Assembly (NCBI GenBank): GCA_964549355.1
Contig: CAZJUS010000005.1
Location: forward strand, 1-36,305
DNA length: 36,305 bases
Origin: Candidatus Undinarchaeota archaeon
Lineage (GTDB): Archaea; SpSt-1190
Reading direction: 5' to 3'
Shown: piece by piece, positions 25,464 to 34,016 of the stretch
How positions within the stretch are numbered: position 1 is the first letter of the stretch
Layout: each line of letters begins with the position of its first letter
Program-made: the position numbers and the translations under genes
Notes under the pieces: model-generated
What the model saw: only the letters and a program-made list of their open reading frames with translations
Databases searched by the model: none
Told to the model about the DNA's origin: nothing

Positions 25464-25547
25464 TTCCAGGGCAGCTATTTTGGTAGTTTCGCTCCGGTTT
25501 CGGCAGGTTTTGCTAAAGCATAAATATGTCTATATTTAATGTCACTG

Positions 25548-26282
25548 ATGGTAAGCTTCACTTTTAAGGAGGTAACCGGCTACCTGCTGATTGTATTTTT
25601 TGTTGGAGTGTTGTCCATGACAGGAGTCAAAGCAATAACGGGTGTGGACCTTACGCCCGCATCCTCGACATGGTCTCAGAGTTCTGCAGGTGAAAGTATA
25701 TCCGGCGGCAATGTGTACAACGCAACAGTCTCAGTCAGTGAACAAACCTACCGCTGGGCGGCCCTCTGGGGAAACATTACAGGTTCAGTCGTCTTGAACA
25801 ATGAGGATGCGAACTCTGTAATTTCATGGACTGTCAGTTCGGTCCAGGACGGCTCAATCTTCTATGCCACCACCAATGACGGCACACTCGACCCCACCGA
25901 CTTTGCAGCTTTCAACCGGCTCCAGCTCAACAACACCGACAAGGCGTACGGCTACGACCCATTCGTAACAGATTCAATTTCAAACACATTCACAAACTAT
26001 GCAAACTTCCAGTCCCCGAGCATGGACAGCCCGGTCGTCGCCAACACCACCGTCCTTGAATCAACCTGGACCAACTATGTCTTCAGGTTCAACTCATCCG
26101 ATGTGCCTGCCAGCTACCCCGGCGGGCAGGACTATGTGGTCTGGGCTGTTGAAGTCCAGAACGACCAGAACTCATTCTACGGGGTCACCGCAGACTACGA
26201 ACTGCTGATTCCGGAAAACGAGGAGGTCGGGCAGGGCGAAGGCTCGCCGACAACCTACTACTTCTGGCTTGAATACAAGTGA
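25548..26282 (+). CDS. Secreted protein of unknown function, paralog 2
   Basis: Signal peptide ending VKA/ITG, C-terminal half nearly identical to paralog 1. Start is ATG 25548 (fits TATA spacing) or ATG 25539. Confidence 0.88.
   Translation: MVSFTFKEVTGYLLIVFFVGVLSMTGVKAITGVDLTPASSTWSQSSAGESISGGNVYNATVSVSEQTYRWAALWGNITGSVVLNNEDANSVISWTVSSVQDGSIFYATTNDGTLDPTDFAAFNRLQLNNTDKAYGYDPFVTDSISNTFTNYANFQSPSMDSPVVANTTVLESTWTNYVFRFNSSDVPASYPGGQDYVVWAVEVQNDQNSFYGVTADYELLIPENEEVGQGEGSPTTYYFWLEYK
26154..26272 (+). repeat. 119-bp exact direct repeat, copy 2
   Basis: Identical to 25335-25453. Confidence 0.9.
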
Positions 26283-26291
26283 ACCGGACAG

Positions 26292-26300
26292 CTTTTTTTC
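26292..26300 (+). terminator. Possible oligo-T archaeal terminator after paralog 2
   Basis: CTTTTTTTC about 10 nt after the stop codon. Confidence 0.35.
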
Positions 26301-26440
26301 CTGTAGCGCTTATTGGATTCACTCCAGAAATTTACGACCTTTAATTAAGCGTATATATGCTTCACTCAGCTTCCCGACAACCCTTATATTCTGCCGATGA
26401 AGTGATAAACTGATTTAATGTAATTGCAGAATGACTACTT

Positions 26441-27181
26441 ATGTATATCCGCGGGGCGCCTCCGTTTTCCTTCCGCCTCCTTGCCTTCACTTTGCTCGCT
26501 TCATTCACTTTTATTTTCCTGCCCGCCCTCGCCATCACAGGCGTCACCCCTTCCGGCGACAGTTCATCCTGGTCGCAGATGCCTTCAGGCACATCAATGT
26601 CGGCCGGCAGAGTATATCATGCGGACATAGTGGTTTCAGAACAAACCTACCGCTGGGCGGCTTTGTGGGGGAATGTGTCGGGCTCGATGGTGCTCCGGGA
26701 CGGCAACAGCAACCAGTTTGTTGAATGGAATATCCTCGACGTGCAGAACGGGTCCGTCCTTTACGCTACGACTTTCAGCGGAGTCCTGGACCCGGGCAAT
26801 CTCAGTTCAACCAACGGCACATTCCTAGGCCTGGCGGACGGGGCCTACGGTTTCAACAAAAATGTCACCGATTCAGTCACCCACACTTTCACAGGCACTG
26901 CAACCTTCCAGTCGCCCAGCATGGATACCAATATCACCGTCAACTCCACCATCATAAGCATGGTCTGGACCAACTATATGCTCCGGCGGACTCCGGAGTG
27001 GCCCGACGGACAGTATCCCTCAAGCCAGGATGATTTTGTCTGGGCAGTCGAGATCAGAAACGACCAGCCTTCTTTTGCAGGCGGGACTGCAGACTATCAA
27101 ATCATCCTCCCGGAAAACGAGGAAGTCGGCCAGCACAGAGGCCAGCTGACCACCTACTACTTCTGGCTGGAGTTCGAATAA
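26441..27181 (+). CDS. Secreted protein of unknown function, paralog 3 (more divergent)
   Basis: Signal peptide ending ALA/ITG, EQTYRWAALWGNVSG, FQSPSMD, DYQIILPENEEVGQ...TTYYFWLEFE. Confidence 0.88.
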   Translation: MYIRGAPPFSFRLLAFTLLASFTFIFLPALAITGVTPSGDSSSWSQMPSGTSMSAGRVYHADIVVSEQTYRWAALWGNVSGSMVLRDGNSNQFVEWNILDVQNGSVLYATTFSGVLDPGNLSSTNGTFLGLADGAYGFNKNVTDSVTHTFTGTATFQSPSMDTNITVNSTIISMVWTNYMLRRTPEWPDGQYPSSQDDFVWAVEIRNDQPSFAGGTADYQIILPENEEVGQHRGQLTTYYFWLEFE

Positions 27182-27210
27182 GTTTTTAAGTCAGGAAGCC
27201 GAAATTATGC

Positions 27211-28950
27211 GTGAAAAAATATCTCCAGGGAGGACTGTTGCTGCTTTTTATGATGAATGCGGTTTTCTGCGAAACCCTGGTGGTGAATTCAATGGACTGG
27301 AGGTCCGTTTTTCTGGGCATGGAATACGCCCACTATATGGGCTATGACATAAATTTCATCAGCTCCCCCTACCAAGCCGGGTCCCTCGCCCTCACCCTGC
27401 CGAAGACCAACGTGACTGTCCTTGAGATGAAGGACCCGATTATGCCGGGGTACTCGCAGTATCTCCGCAATATGCACGGCATCTATTCGTCCGAGCTCAA
27501 ATTCAGGGATTCCGCCGATTTCCAGGAGTATCTAATGGACACCTTCCAGCCGAAAGTCCTGTTTTTTGTTTCCGAGGCGGAGCCGGAGAATGCAGTGATT
27601 TCACTTCCCATTGCCTACAAGAAAAATGGTTTTGTCTTCTTCCAGCAGAACAGCCTCATTGGGAGGATGGGCGAAGTGAATCTGATTTATCTTGTCGGCA
27701 ATATCCGCAGAGATTTCCGGAGGAATGTGCTTTCGGTCTCGACTGTGCTGGACACTATTGTTGAGGTTGTGAATGAAGAATCCCCCTACTCGAACAGCCT
27801 CCACTTTCTCAATATGTGGGGCAGGACCAACGAAGTCATATTGACATCCGGGGACATCTTGGAGAAGACAATTTTTGAAGCCGAGATGCCCGTCCTGCTG
27901 GTGGGCGTCAGGGACTACAGTGCGGGCTTCATCGACACGCTCCACGAAAAAGGCATAGATAAGGTTTTTTTGATCGGCTCCAAGCTGCTGCAGGTTGGTT
28001 CAAAAATAAGGGAGGATTCCAGCAGGACCATATTCCCCCTCATAAAATACGGCGAGAGCAAAGTAATGGGAGGGGCTTCGCAGGTGAACGCACTTACAGT
28101 TTATGAACTGCCCATACCTACGCCGGTCCTGAATTTCACCCGTGTCGTCTACGACCCCGCAGCCAAGAAGCTCTATGTGACGCTGTGGAATTTGGGCGAC
28201 GGTATTTCGAAGACCATGGGCGTGCACCCTGTGATGAGTGAAGGCAAAGTCGTGGCCACTGTCCGGGATGATGATGTATTCACTATTTGGCCGGGCGAGG
28301 AGGTGACCACCAGCTACTCGGTCGACCTTTCCAGCTACAGGCCGGAGTCCCTGTCGGCGATACTGTCCGCAAGATTCGGCAGGTACAAGGATTTCATGGT
28401 TGATTATATTGAAGATGAAAAGCCGGTGGAAGTCCGGAGGGTTGGGGACCGGAGCGAGATTGAAGTGACCAAGGCAACCTACGACGGCACATACATACGG
28501 ATTTTTGTGGACAATATTGCACCCGTCGATGTCTATGTCGGGGGATATGTCCAGCTTGAATTGGACGGCGCCACCCAGGACCTGCTGCTTCCCACGACCC
28601 GGATTCCATACGGAAAGTCAGCCACCCTAAGGACCAAGGTCGACATGACCCGCGAGGAAGCCGACAGCAACCACATTGTGAATGTCGTCCTGAGGCACGG
28701 GGAGCAGTCTGACCTGATGGTCAAATACACAGAGGCCCAGGTCGAGATGGAGCAGGTCCGCATCAATCTTGCACTTTTCCTGATTCCAGTGGCCGTCCTC
28801 CTCCTGCTCCTGCTGGCAATCGTGGTTGCGGACCACCTCAGGAGGCGCAGGTATTACAGGGTCTCGCGCAAGATAAAGGAAGTGCGCAGAAGGACTTTCA
28901 AGAAACCCCTGAGATACAGGAAGCCGCTGAGGCGGATACGGAGAAAATAA
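27211..28950 (+). CDS. Type I membrane-anchored surface protein with three cell-wall-binding-repeat-2-like units and two Ig-like domains
   Basis: N-terminal signal, C-terminal TM helix (LALFLIPVAVLLLLLLAIVVA) and a very basic tail. Three alpha/beta repeats resemble CWB2 (for example VILTSGD...PVLLVG...KVFLIG). Confidence 0.85.
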   Translation: MKKYLQGGLLLLFMMNAVFCETLVVNSMDWRSVFLGMEYAHYMGYDINFISSPYQAGSLALTLPKTNVTVLEMKDPIMPGYSQYLRNMHGIYSSELKFRDSADFQEYLMDTFQPKVLFFVSEAEPENAVISLPIAYKKNGFVFFQQNSLIGRMGEVNLIYLVGNIRRDFRRNVLSVSTVLDTIVEVVNEESPYSNSLHFLNMWGRTNEVILTSGDILEKTIFEAEMPVLLVGVRDYSAGFIDTLHEKGIDKVFLIGSKLLQVGSKIREDSSRTIFPLIKYGESKVMGGASQVNALTVYELPIPTPVLNFTRVVYDPAAKKLYVTLWNLGDGISKTMGVHPVMSEGKVVATVRDDDVFTIWPGEEVTTSYSVDLSSYRPESLSAILSARFGRYKDFMVDYIEDEKPVEVRRVGDRSEIEVTKATYDGTYIRIFVDNIAPVDVYVGGYVQLELDGATQDLLLPTTRIPYGKSATLRTKVDMTREEADSNHIVNVVLRHGEQSDLMVKYTEAQVEMEQVRINLALFLIPVAVLLLLLLAIVVADHLRRRRYYRVSRKIKEVRRRTFKKPLRYRKPLRRIRRK

Positions 28951-28981
28951 AGGGTTTTAAACTTGCTTTTGATAGGCTTCA

Positions 28982-31384
28982 GTGAAGCGTCTGCTCCTTC
29001 TGATTTTGCTCCTCCAGCTTCCAGCCCTTGCTTGGTGGGATGCTTCCTGGAATTACAGGCTCAAGGTGAATATTTCGTCTGCCCAGTTTTCCAACTTCAC
29101 TGCCAATTTTACAATGGACACTGCTTCACTCATTGCCGCCGGCCGGATGAATGCCGACTGTTCGGATCTCCGCATGACATGGCTCAACAGGACCAGCGGA
29201 AATGAGCATGCTCTTGACTACTGGATTTCAAGGGACTGCGGCAGAGCAGACACCCTGATTTTCACAAAACTGCTTGAGGCAGGCTCCAATGAAAGCATCT
29301 ACTGTTATTATGGGAACTCCGGCGCATCTTCAGCTTCAGATGCTTCGCCTGTTTTTTCTTCACCCTCCTCTTTTCTTCCATTTGAAGGGGATGCCCCGGT
29401 TGATGTTGTCGGGGGGCATCCGGCATCCTACGACAATATTTCAGTAGGCGATACGCCTTTCAGTTTAGGAGGCATCCTGGGCAATGCGACCTGGTTCGAT
29501 GACGCTGACGATGCTGTGAATCTTTCATACTTGATGGCCGACGGGTTGGACAACTTCACTGTGGCTTTTTGGGTGAACAGCACCAAGACCGGCAATTTCA
29601 CAATTGTTTCTGTTGCCAACTCAAGCCAGCCGGATGAATTGACTATCATGGGCAATTCAACTTTTCTGCTCGTTTATGTCTTGGGCTCCAGTGGAAGCGT
29701 GGATACGGGCAATTTGAATGACGGCAGCTGGCATCATGTTGCGGTTACGCGCAATGCGACCAACATCAGCATCTATGCCGACGGTGCATACTTGGGGTTC
29801 TTTTCTGCTCCCTCTCCCGTTCCGCTTTCGGTTGACAGCAACGGCCTGTGGATGGGCCAGCACCAAGGGGCGGTGGGTGGCAGCTGGATATCCGGGGACG
29901 AACTTTTGGGGGCTGTTGATGAATTCCTCATATACAACCGCACCCTTGCCCCGAATGAGATTGCAAGACTGGCTTCCTTTGCCCAGCAGTACAATGTCCA
30001 TAACCAGACCAAGCTTTTGCTGAACGCCTCCAGCGGCTCTTCAGTCGACACTTCAGTGAATCTCAGGGTGTTCCAGGGCTCGACGACTGTGGCCTCCGGC
30101 CAAGGCACCCTGCTCGACGGTTTTCTGGAAGGCATCTACAATCTGTCGGCCGGCAAGTCGCTGTCAGGCGGGGACATAAGCATCCGGATTGACAACTTCG
30201 ACTTTTCCGACCACCAAGACGTCCTGTTCCAGTTTGATGATTCCTATTCCGGACCCCTGACCTGGGATGTGGACAGCATAACCCCCATTTGCGCAGCTAC
30301 AGTCCCCGGCCAGTGGGACAGGGCTTTCCTGACCATCCCCAAGCAGTCGCACACCATCGACAAAATCCTCCACTGCAGTTCCTGGGACTTTGCACAAAAG
30401 GCGTGCAGTGGCTGGAGCTCCGCCGACACTTCGTCTTATTCCGGGTTCGGCCAAAACACCACCCATTTTTGGTTTTATGCCACCCAGTTTGATGCATACG
30501 GCGGGGGGAACCTTTCACTGCCTGACCTCCATGTGGGGAAAATCACCTTTAATGTAAGCTCCTTCCGGGAGGACGAGTTCATCAATATCAGCGCAAATGT
30601 TTCCAATCTGGGCGGGCAGAGTGCAAGCAGTGTAAAGGTGTGGCTCAATATCACCGACTGCAATTCCGTGGAGCTTCCAATGCAGGAGAAGACTGTGGAC
30701 TTGGCGGGAGGGCAGTGGAAATTTGTGAATTTTGTGGAAAACTTTTCAATCTGCACTTTCGCCTTGAATATTGCTGTGGACCCGACCGATGCAGTCTCCG
30801 AAAGCAATGAGTTCAACAACTTCAACAGCACCAACATTACAATTCCAAGCTGGGGGTATTACTACGGCAATGTCTCCTCCGAGGTGGTCCTTGCCAATGA
30901 GGATGTCAAGAATGTGAGCCTGTGGACCCCTTCGGCTGCTTCAGGCAATGTCTTTGTGGCGGATTATGATGCTTCAATTAATTTCAGTGCATTGTGGCCT
31001 TTGAATGGAACCAACGATTTCAAGGAGGCTGATGAAGCACTCAAAGGTGAAAATTTCACTGACGGGATTTCAGACCTTTACGATTCCGACGATAATGATA
31101 TCGCCGACGAAACTGCAACTTTCCAAATCTTCAGCTATTCACTTTTGGATGTGCCGGTCCACGAATCCTATTCCGGCTCCCCGTGGAAGACAGGCATTTT
31201 GTGGGACAGGAGCGATGGCGGGGCAGAATACAACGGAAGCCAGGACCTGGTTTTCATTGTTTCAATGGAGGACAATCAGAACGGCGCCTTTGGGGTGAGC
31301 GATTATGAAATGAGGGTTCCCGCACATCTCAGAAATTTGGCAGGAAGCGACCCCCGCATTGTAATGTATTATGAAATCAAGTGA
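28982..31384 (+). CDS. Secreted DUF2341 + LamG/ConA-like + CARDB protein with a C-terminal copy of the paralog domain (candidate tip adhesin)
   Basis: WWDASWNYR...DCSDLR...YYGN (DUF2341), FTVAFWV...DGSWHHVAVT...DEFLIYNRTL (LamG), PDLHV...VDPTDAVSESNEFNN (CARDB), WGYYYGNVSSEVVLAN...DYEMRVP...YYEIK (paralog domain). Confidence 0.9.
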   Translation: MKRLLLLILLLQLPALAWWDASWNYRLKVNISSAQFSNFTANFTMDTASLIAAGRMNADCSDLRMTWLNRTSGNEHALDYWISRDCGRADTLIFTKLLEAGSNESIYCYYGNSGASSASDASPVFSSPSSFLPFEGDAPVDVVGGHPASYDNISVGDTPFSLGGILGNATWFDDADDAVNLSYLMADGLDNFTVAFWVNSTKTGNFTIVSVANSSQPDELTIMGNSTFLLVYVLGSSGSVDTGNLNDGSWHHVAVTRNATNISIYADGAYLGFFSAPSPVPLSVDSNGLWMGQHQGAVGGSWISGDELLGAVDEFLIYNRTLAPNEIARLASFAQQYNVHNQTKLLLNASSGSSVDTSVNLRVFQGSTTVASGQGTLLDGFLEGIYNLSAGKSLSGGDISIRIDNFDFSDHQDVLFQFDDSYSGPLTWDVDSITPICAATVPGQWDRAFLTIPKQSHTIDKILHCSSWDFAQKACSGWSSADTSSYSGFGQNTTHFWFYATQFDAYGGGNLSLPDLHVGKITFNVSSFREDEFINISANVSNLGGQSASSVKVWLNITDCNSVELPMQEKTVDLAGGQWKFVNFVENFSICTFALNIAVDPTDAVSESNEFNNFNSTNITIPSWGYYYGNVSSEVVLANEDVKNVSLWTPSAASGNVFVADYDASINFSALWPLNGTNDFKEADEALKGENFTDGISDLYDSDDNDIADETATFQIFSYSLLDVPVHESYSGSPWKTGILWDRSDGGAEYNGSQDLVFIVSMEDNQNGAFGVSDYEMRVPAHLRNLAGSDPRIVMYYEIK

Positions 31385-31389
31385 TATGA

Positions 31390-32166
31390 TTATCTTCCAA
31401 ACAGGCGTCCGAAAATTCTTGAGAGCAGGCCACGCTCCCTTTCCTCATACTCAACCCCGCCGATTTCCGCCGCCATCTCTATCATGACTCTGCTCCCCGG
31501 ACTGTCAGGGGATGCAATGACTGCAGGCACACCGTAGCCCAGCGCCCTGCGGATTTTTTCGTCCTCCGGGACAATTCCGAGGACAGGCACATCCTCCAGG
31601 AAGTTTTCAATTTCTTCCGGGTGCAGTTCATAGTCGAGGCCGTGGTAAAAATTGATTATGACCCTCACCACCTCCCTGCCGTAGCTGTTCAGCATCTCGA
31701 TGGTTTTTTTTGCTTCGAGGATGCCTGCAACCGACGGAGTGCCGATTACAAAAGCATCATCCACCGCTTTTGGTATGCCCTGTGTGTCCTTTCCAAGCCA
31801 GGGAGGGGTGTCGAGTATTATAAAGTCGTAGCGGTCTCCAAGCTCCTCCAGCCTTGCGCGCAGTTTGTTGAATTTAAGCTTGGCCTTTATGTTCGGGTGC
31901 AACGGGCCGGGGATTATGTCGACCCCTGTCCTTGGGTCCTTGTAGATTACCTTTTCTGCAGGCAGCTCCCCGGAGAGCAGGTCCCCCATGTGGACGGGGG
32001 GGTTCAGCAGGCCGAAATGGCTGCTCAAATCAGCCCCCAGGACATGCGTGTCCACGAGGAGGACATCAAAATCGAACTCATGCTTTAGTGTGGCTCCAAT
32101 ATTGGCGGTCAAAGTGGTTTTTCCTACTCCGCCCTTGGACGAAAAGAAACCAATAATGTAGCTCAC
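31390..32166 (-). CDS. minD: MinD/ParA-family ATPase with a C-terminal membrane-targeting helix
   Basis: SSKGGVGKTT, ILDTPP, VPEDEKI, and C-terminal GLLSRIFGRLFGR resembling the MinD membrane-targeting sequence. Confidence 0.9.
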   Translation of the reverse strand: MSYIIGFFSSKGGVGKTTLTANIGATLKHEFDFDVLLVDTHVLGADLSSHFGLLNPPVHMGDLLSGELPAEKVIYKDPRTGVDIIPGPLHPNIKAKLKFNKLRARLEELGDRYDFIILDTPPWLGKDTQGIPKAVDDAFVIGTPSVAGILEAKKTIEMLNSYGREVVRVIINFYHGLDYELHPEEIENFLEDVPVLGIVPEDEKIRRALGYGVPAVIASPDSPGSRVMIEMAAEIGGVEYEERERGLLSRIFGRLFGR

Positions 32167-32196
32167 ATTTGTCCTTTGGCCACATATTTAAAATAA

Positions 32197-32700
32197 CTAT
32201 TGGTGCTTCCAAAGTTCGCCCTTGTACCACTTGGTCCCGGGCAGGCCCAGGCATTCGCCGTAGAAGCCACATTCTCCGCAGGCAGACCTGCATGCCCCCT
32301 TTTTCCGGAGCCCTGCCCCAAAAACACCTTCGAATGATTCCACTGTCCTGACTGAAGCCTGTTCCATCATGGCCCGCGGGACTGATTTGGCTGTTCCTTC
32401 ATTCTCCCCGCAGAAGATGCATGCCAGGCCTCTTTTGGTCTCGAAACCTGCAACAAAATACGGGCTTTTTTTGACTGTCTTCAAATCACCCTTTCCTTCT
32501 GCAAGCACCAGCTTCAGGCCGAGGGCTTTGAAATCTATGCCCCTGCCCTCTTTTATGATGCCTTCCTGCTTCAGCTTTTTCAGCCTCAGGCAGATTGCGG
32601 GCTGGGTGACTCCCACTCTTTCTGCCAGCTCCTGCTGGCAGATTTCAGGATTCTCTGAGAACAGGAAAAGCACCCGTTTGTCCATATCGTCGAGTTCCAC
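32197..32700 (-). CDS. Lrp/AsnC-like HTH regulator with a C-terminal Cys cluster
   Basis: LDDMDKRVL...QQELAERVGVTQPAICLRLKKLKQEGII and C-terminal CRSACGECGFYGEC. GTG 32700 preferred over TTG 32715 from TATA spacing. Confidence 0.82.
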   Translation of the reverse strand: MELDDMDKRVLFLFSENPEICQQELAERVGVTQPAICLRLKKLKQEGIIKEGRGIDFKALGLKLVLAEGKGDLKTVKKSPYFVAGFETKRGLACIFCGENEGTAKSVPRAMMEQASVRTVESFEGVFGAGLRKKGACRSACGECGFYGECLGLPGTKWYKGELWKHQ

Positions 32701-32744
32701 ATACAGCAGATGCAACCCAATTTATAAAATATAACAGTCTCCGG

Positions 32745-34016
32745 CTAGAATCTGTCTTCTTTTTTGCCCCCGCTTCCAGGCTCAGCAATGTCAAATACAG
32801 TCGCCCTTTTCAGATTCCACTTTGGTATGGCTTGCAGAGTTTCTCCCGCGGAAATTTTTTCTTTTTCAGGTTCAAGTATTGCCAGCCCGTTGGCATTGGC
32901 AAAACTTTTCGGATTTGCTGATGTTTGGTTCGGCAGAATTTTCAGTTTCAATTCACCCTTTTCAAAAAACAAACGGCACCTTGCCAGCTCCGTTCTTTTT
33001 CGGGGATTCCTGGAATAATCTGCCGCAACCTCAGCATCCACTGTGAAAAAAGGGTCGATGCCCTGCATCTTCCTCAGGATTCCTTTGAGATAGACTTCAG
33101 CAACAGTTGCTGCGCTTGTCGGGTAGCCGGGAATCCCCAGATAAGCCCCCCTGAGGGTTTTGCCGAAAAGCACTGGTTTTCCGGGCTTCTGCAGGACTTT
33201 CCAGAAGAGAGGCTTTACCCCTATGTCTTTCATGATTTTCGGCAACAGGTCAACATCGCCCACTGAAACTCCGCCGGTTGTAACCACCAAATCAAAGTGT
33301 TCAACGGCATCCTTCAATTCACTTTTCAGTTGCTCTTTGTCATCTTCGACAATCCCGAGATAGGTGACTTCTGCACCGCATTCCAATGCAGAGCTGACGA
33401 CTATATGGGCACTGCTGTTCGGCACTTTCAGCGGGTTCTCACTTCCAGGTTCGGCAATTTCATTCCCTGTTGCAATCACCGCAACGCTCGGTTTTTTGAA
33501 AACCTCAAGTTTGGTTTTATTCACTGAACACAGCAGTCCAACAATTCCGGAATCAATCAGTGTTCCTTTTTTAACTATTACTTCCCCAGGCGAAAAAATG
33601 CTTCCCGCCCTGTTCACATTTTCCCATTCGTTCACTCCGTTCACTTTTTTGTTAAAGAATATTTTTCCATTTTTCTCATCGACGAACTCTTTCATGATTA
33701 CGGCGTTGGCCCAGGACGGGATGAATGCCCCCGTTGAGACTTTAACGGCGCCACCCTGCACTTCCGATGCTTTATCTCCTGTGTATGTAGTGTCGACGAC
33801 TTCAAGCGGAGAATTTTCCCCGCCCCCTCTGGAAATTTTTATTGCAAAGCCGTCAACAGCTGCAGTTGAAAGGGCTGGGAAACTGCTTCTGGATGCAACA
33901 TCCTTTGAGGCCACCCTGCCGAGTGAATCGAATACTGAAATTTCCTCCGGTTCGTTTGCCCCGATGTTCGAGAATACCGTCTGCAGGGCTTCCTTGAAAG
34001 GGATCAGAGTCTTCAA
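32745..34016 (-). CDS. moeA: Molybdopterin molybdotransferase MoeA (gephyrin-like)
   Basis: GRVASKDV, AAVDGFA, TGAFIP, ATGNEI, TTGGVSVGDVD, KPGKP and GIPGYPTS motifs. Confidence 0.93.
   Translation of the reverse strand: MKTLIPFKEALQTVFSNIGANEPEEISVFDSLGRVASKDVASRSSFPALSTAAVDGFAIKISRGGGENSPLEVVDTTYTGDKASEVQGGAVKVSTGAFIPSWANAVIMKEFVDEKNGKIFFNKKVNGVNEWENVNRAGSIFSPGEVIVKKGTLIDSGIVGLLCSVNKTKLEVFKKPSVAVIATGNEIAEPGSENPLKVPNSSAHIVVSSALECGAEVTYLGIVEDDKEQLKSELKDAVEHFDLVVTTGGVSVGDVDLLPKIMKDIGVKPLFWKVLQKPGKPVLFGKTLRGAYLGIPGYPTSAATVAEVYLKGILRKMQGIDPFFTVDAEVAADYSRNPRKRTELARCRLFFEKGELKLKILPNQTSANPKSFANANGLAILEPEKEKISAGETLQAIPKWNLKRATVFDIAEPGSGGKKEDRF

Noticed and set aside
24726..26282. Diversity-generating retroelement TR/VR pair
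   Set aside because: Mismatches between the paralogs are not adenine-specific, both copies are intact genes, and there is no reverse transcriptase in the window.
24726..31384. Assignment to known structures (hami, archaella, type IV pili, S-layer)
   Set aside because: The paralogs have ordinary Sec/SPI-type signals and no motif I can match to those families. Naming them would need a structural search.
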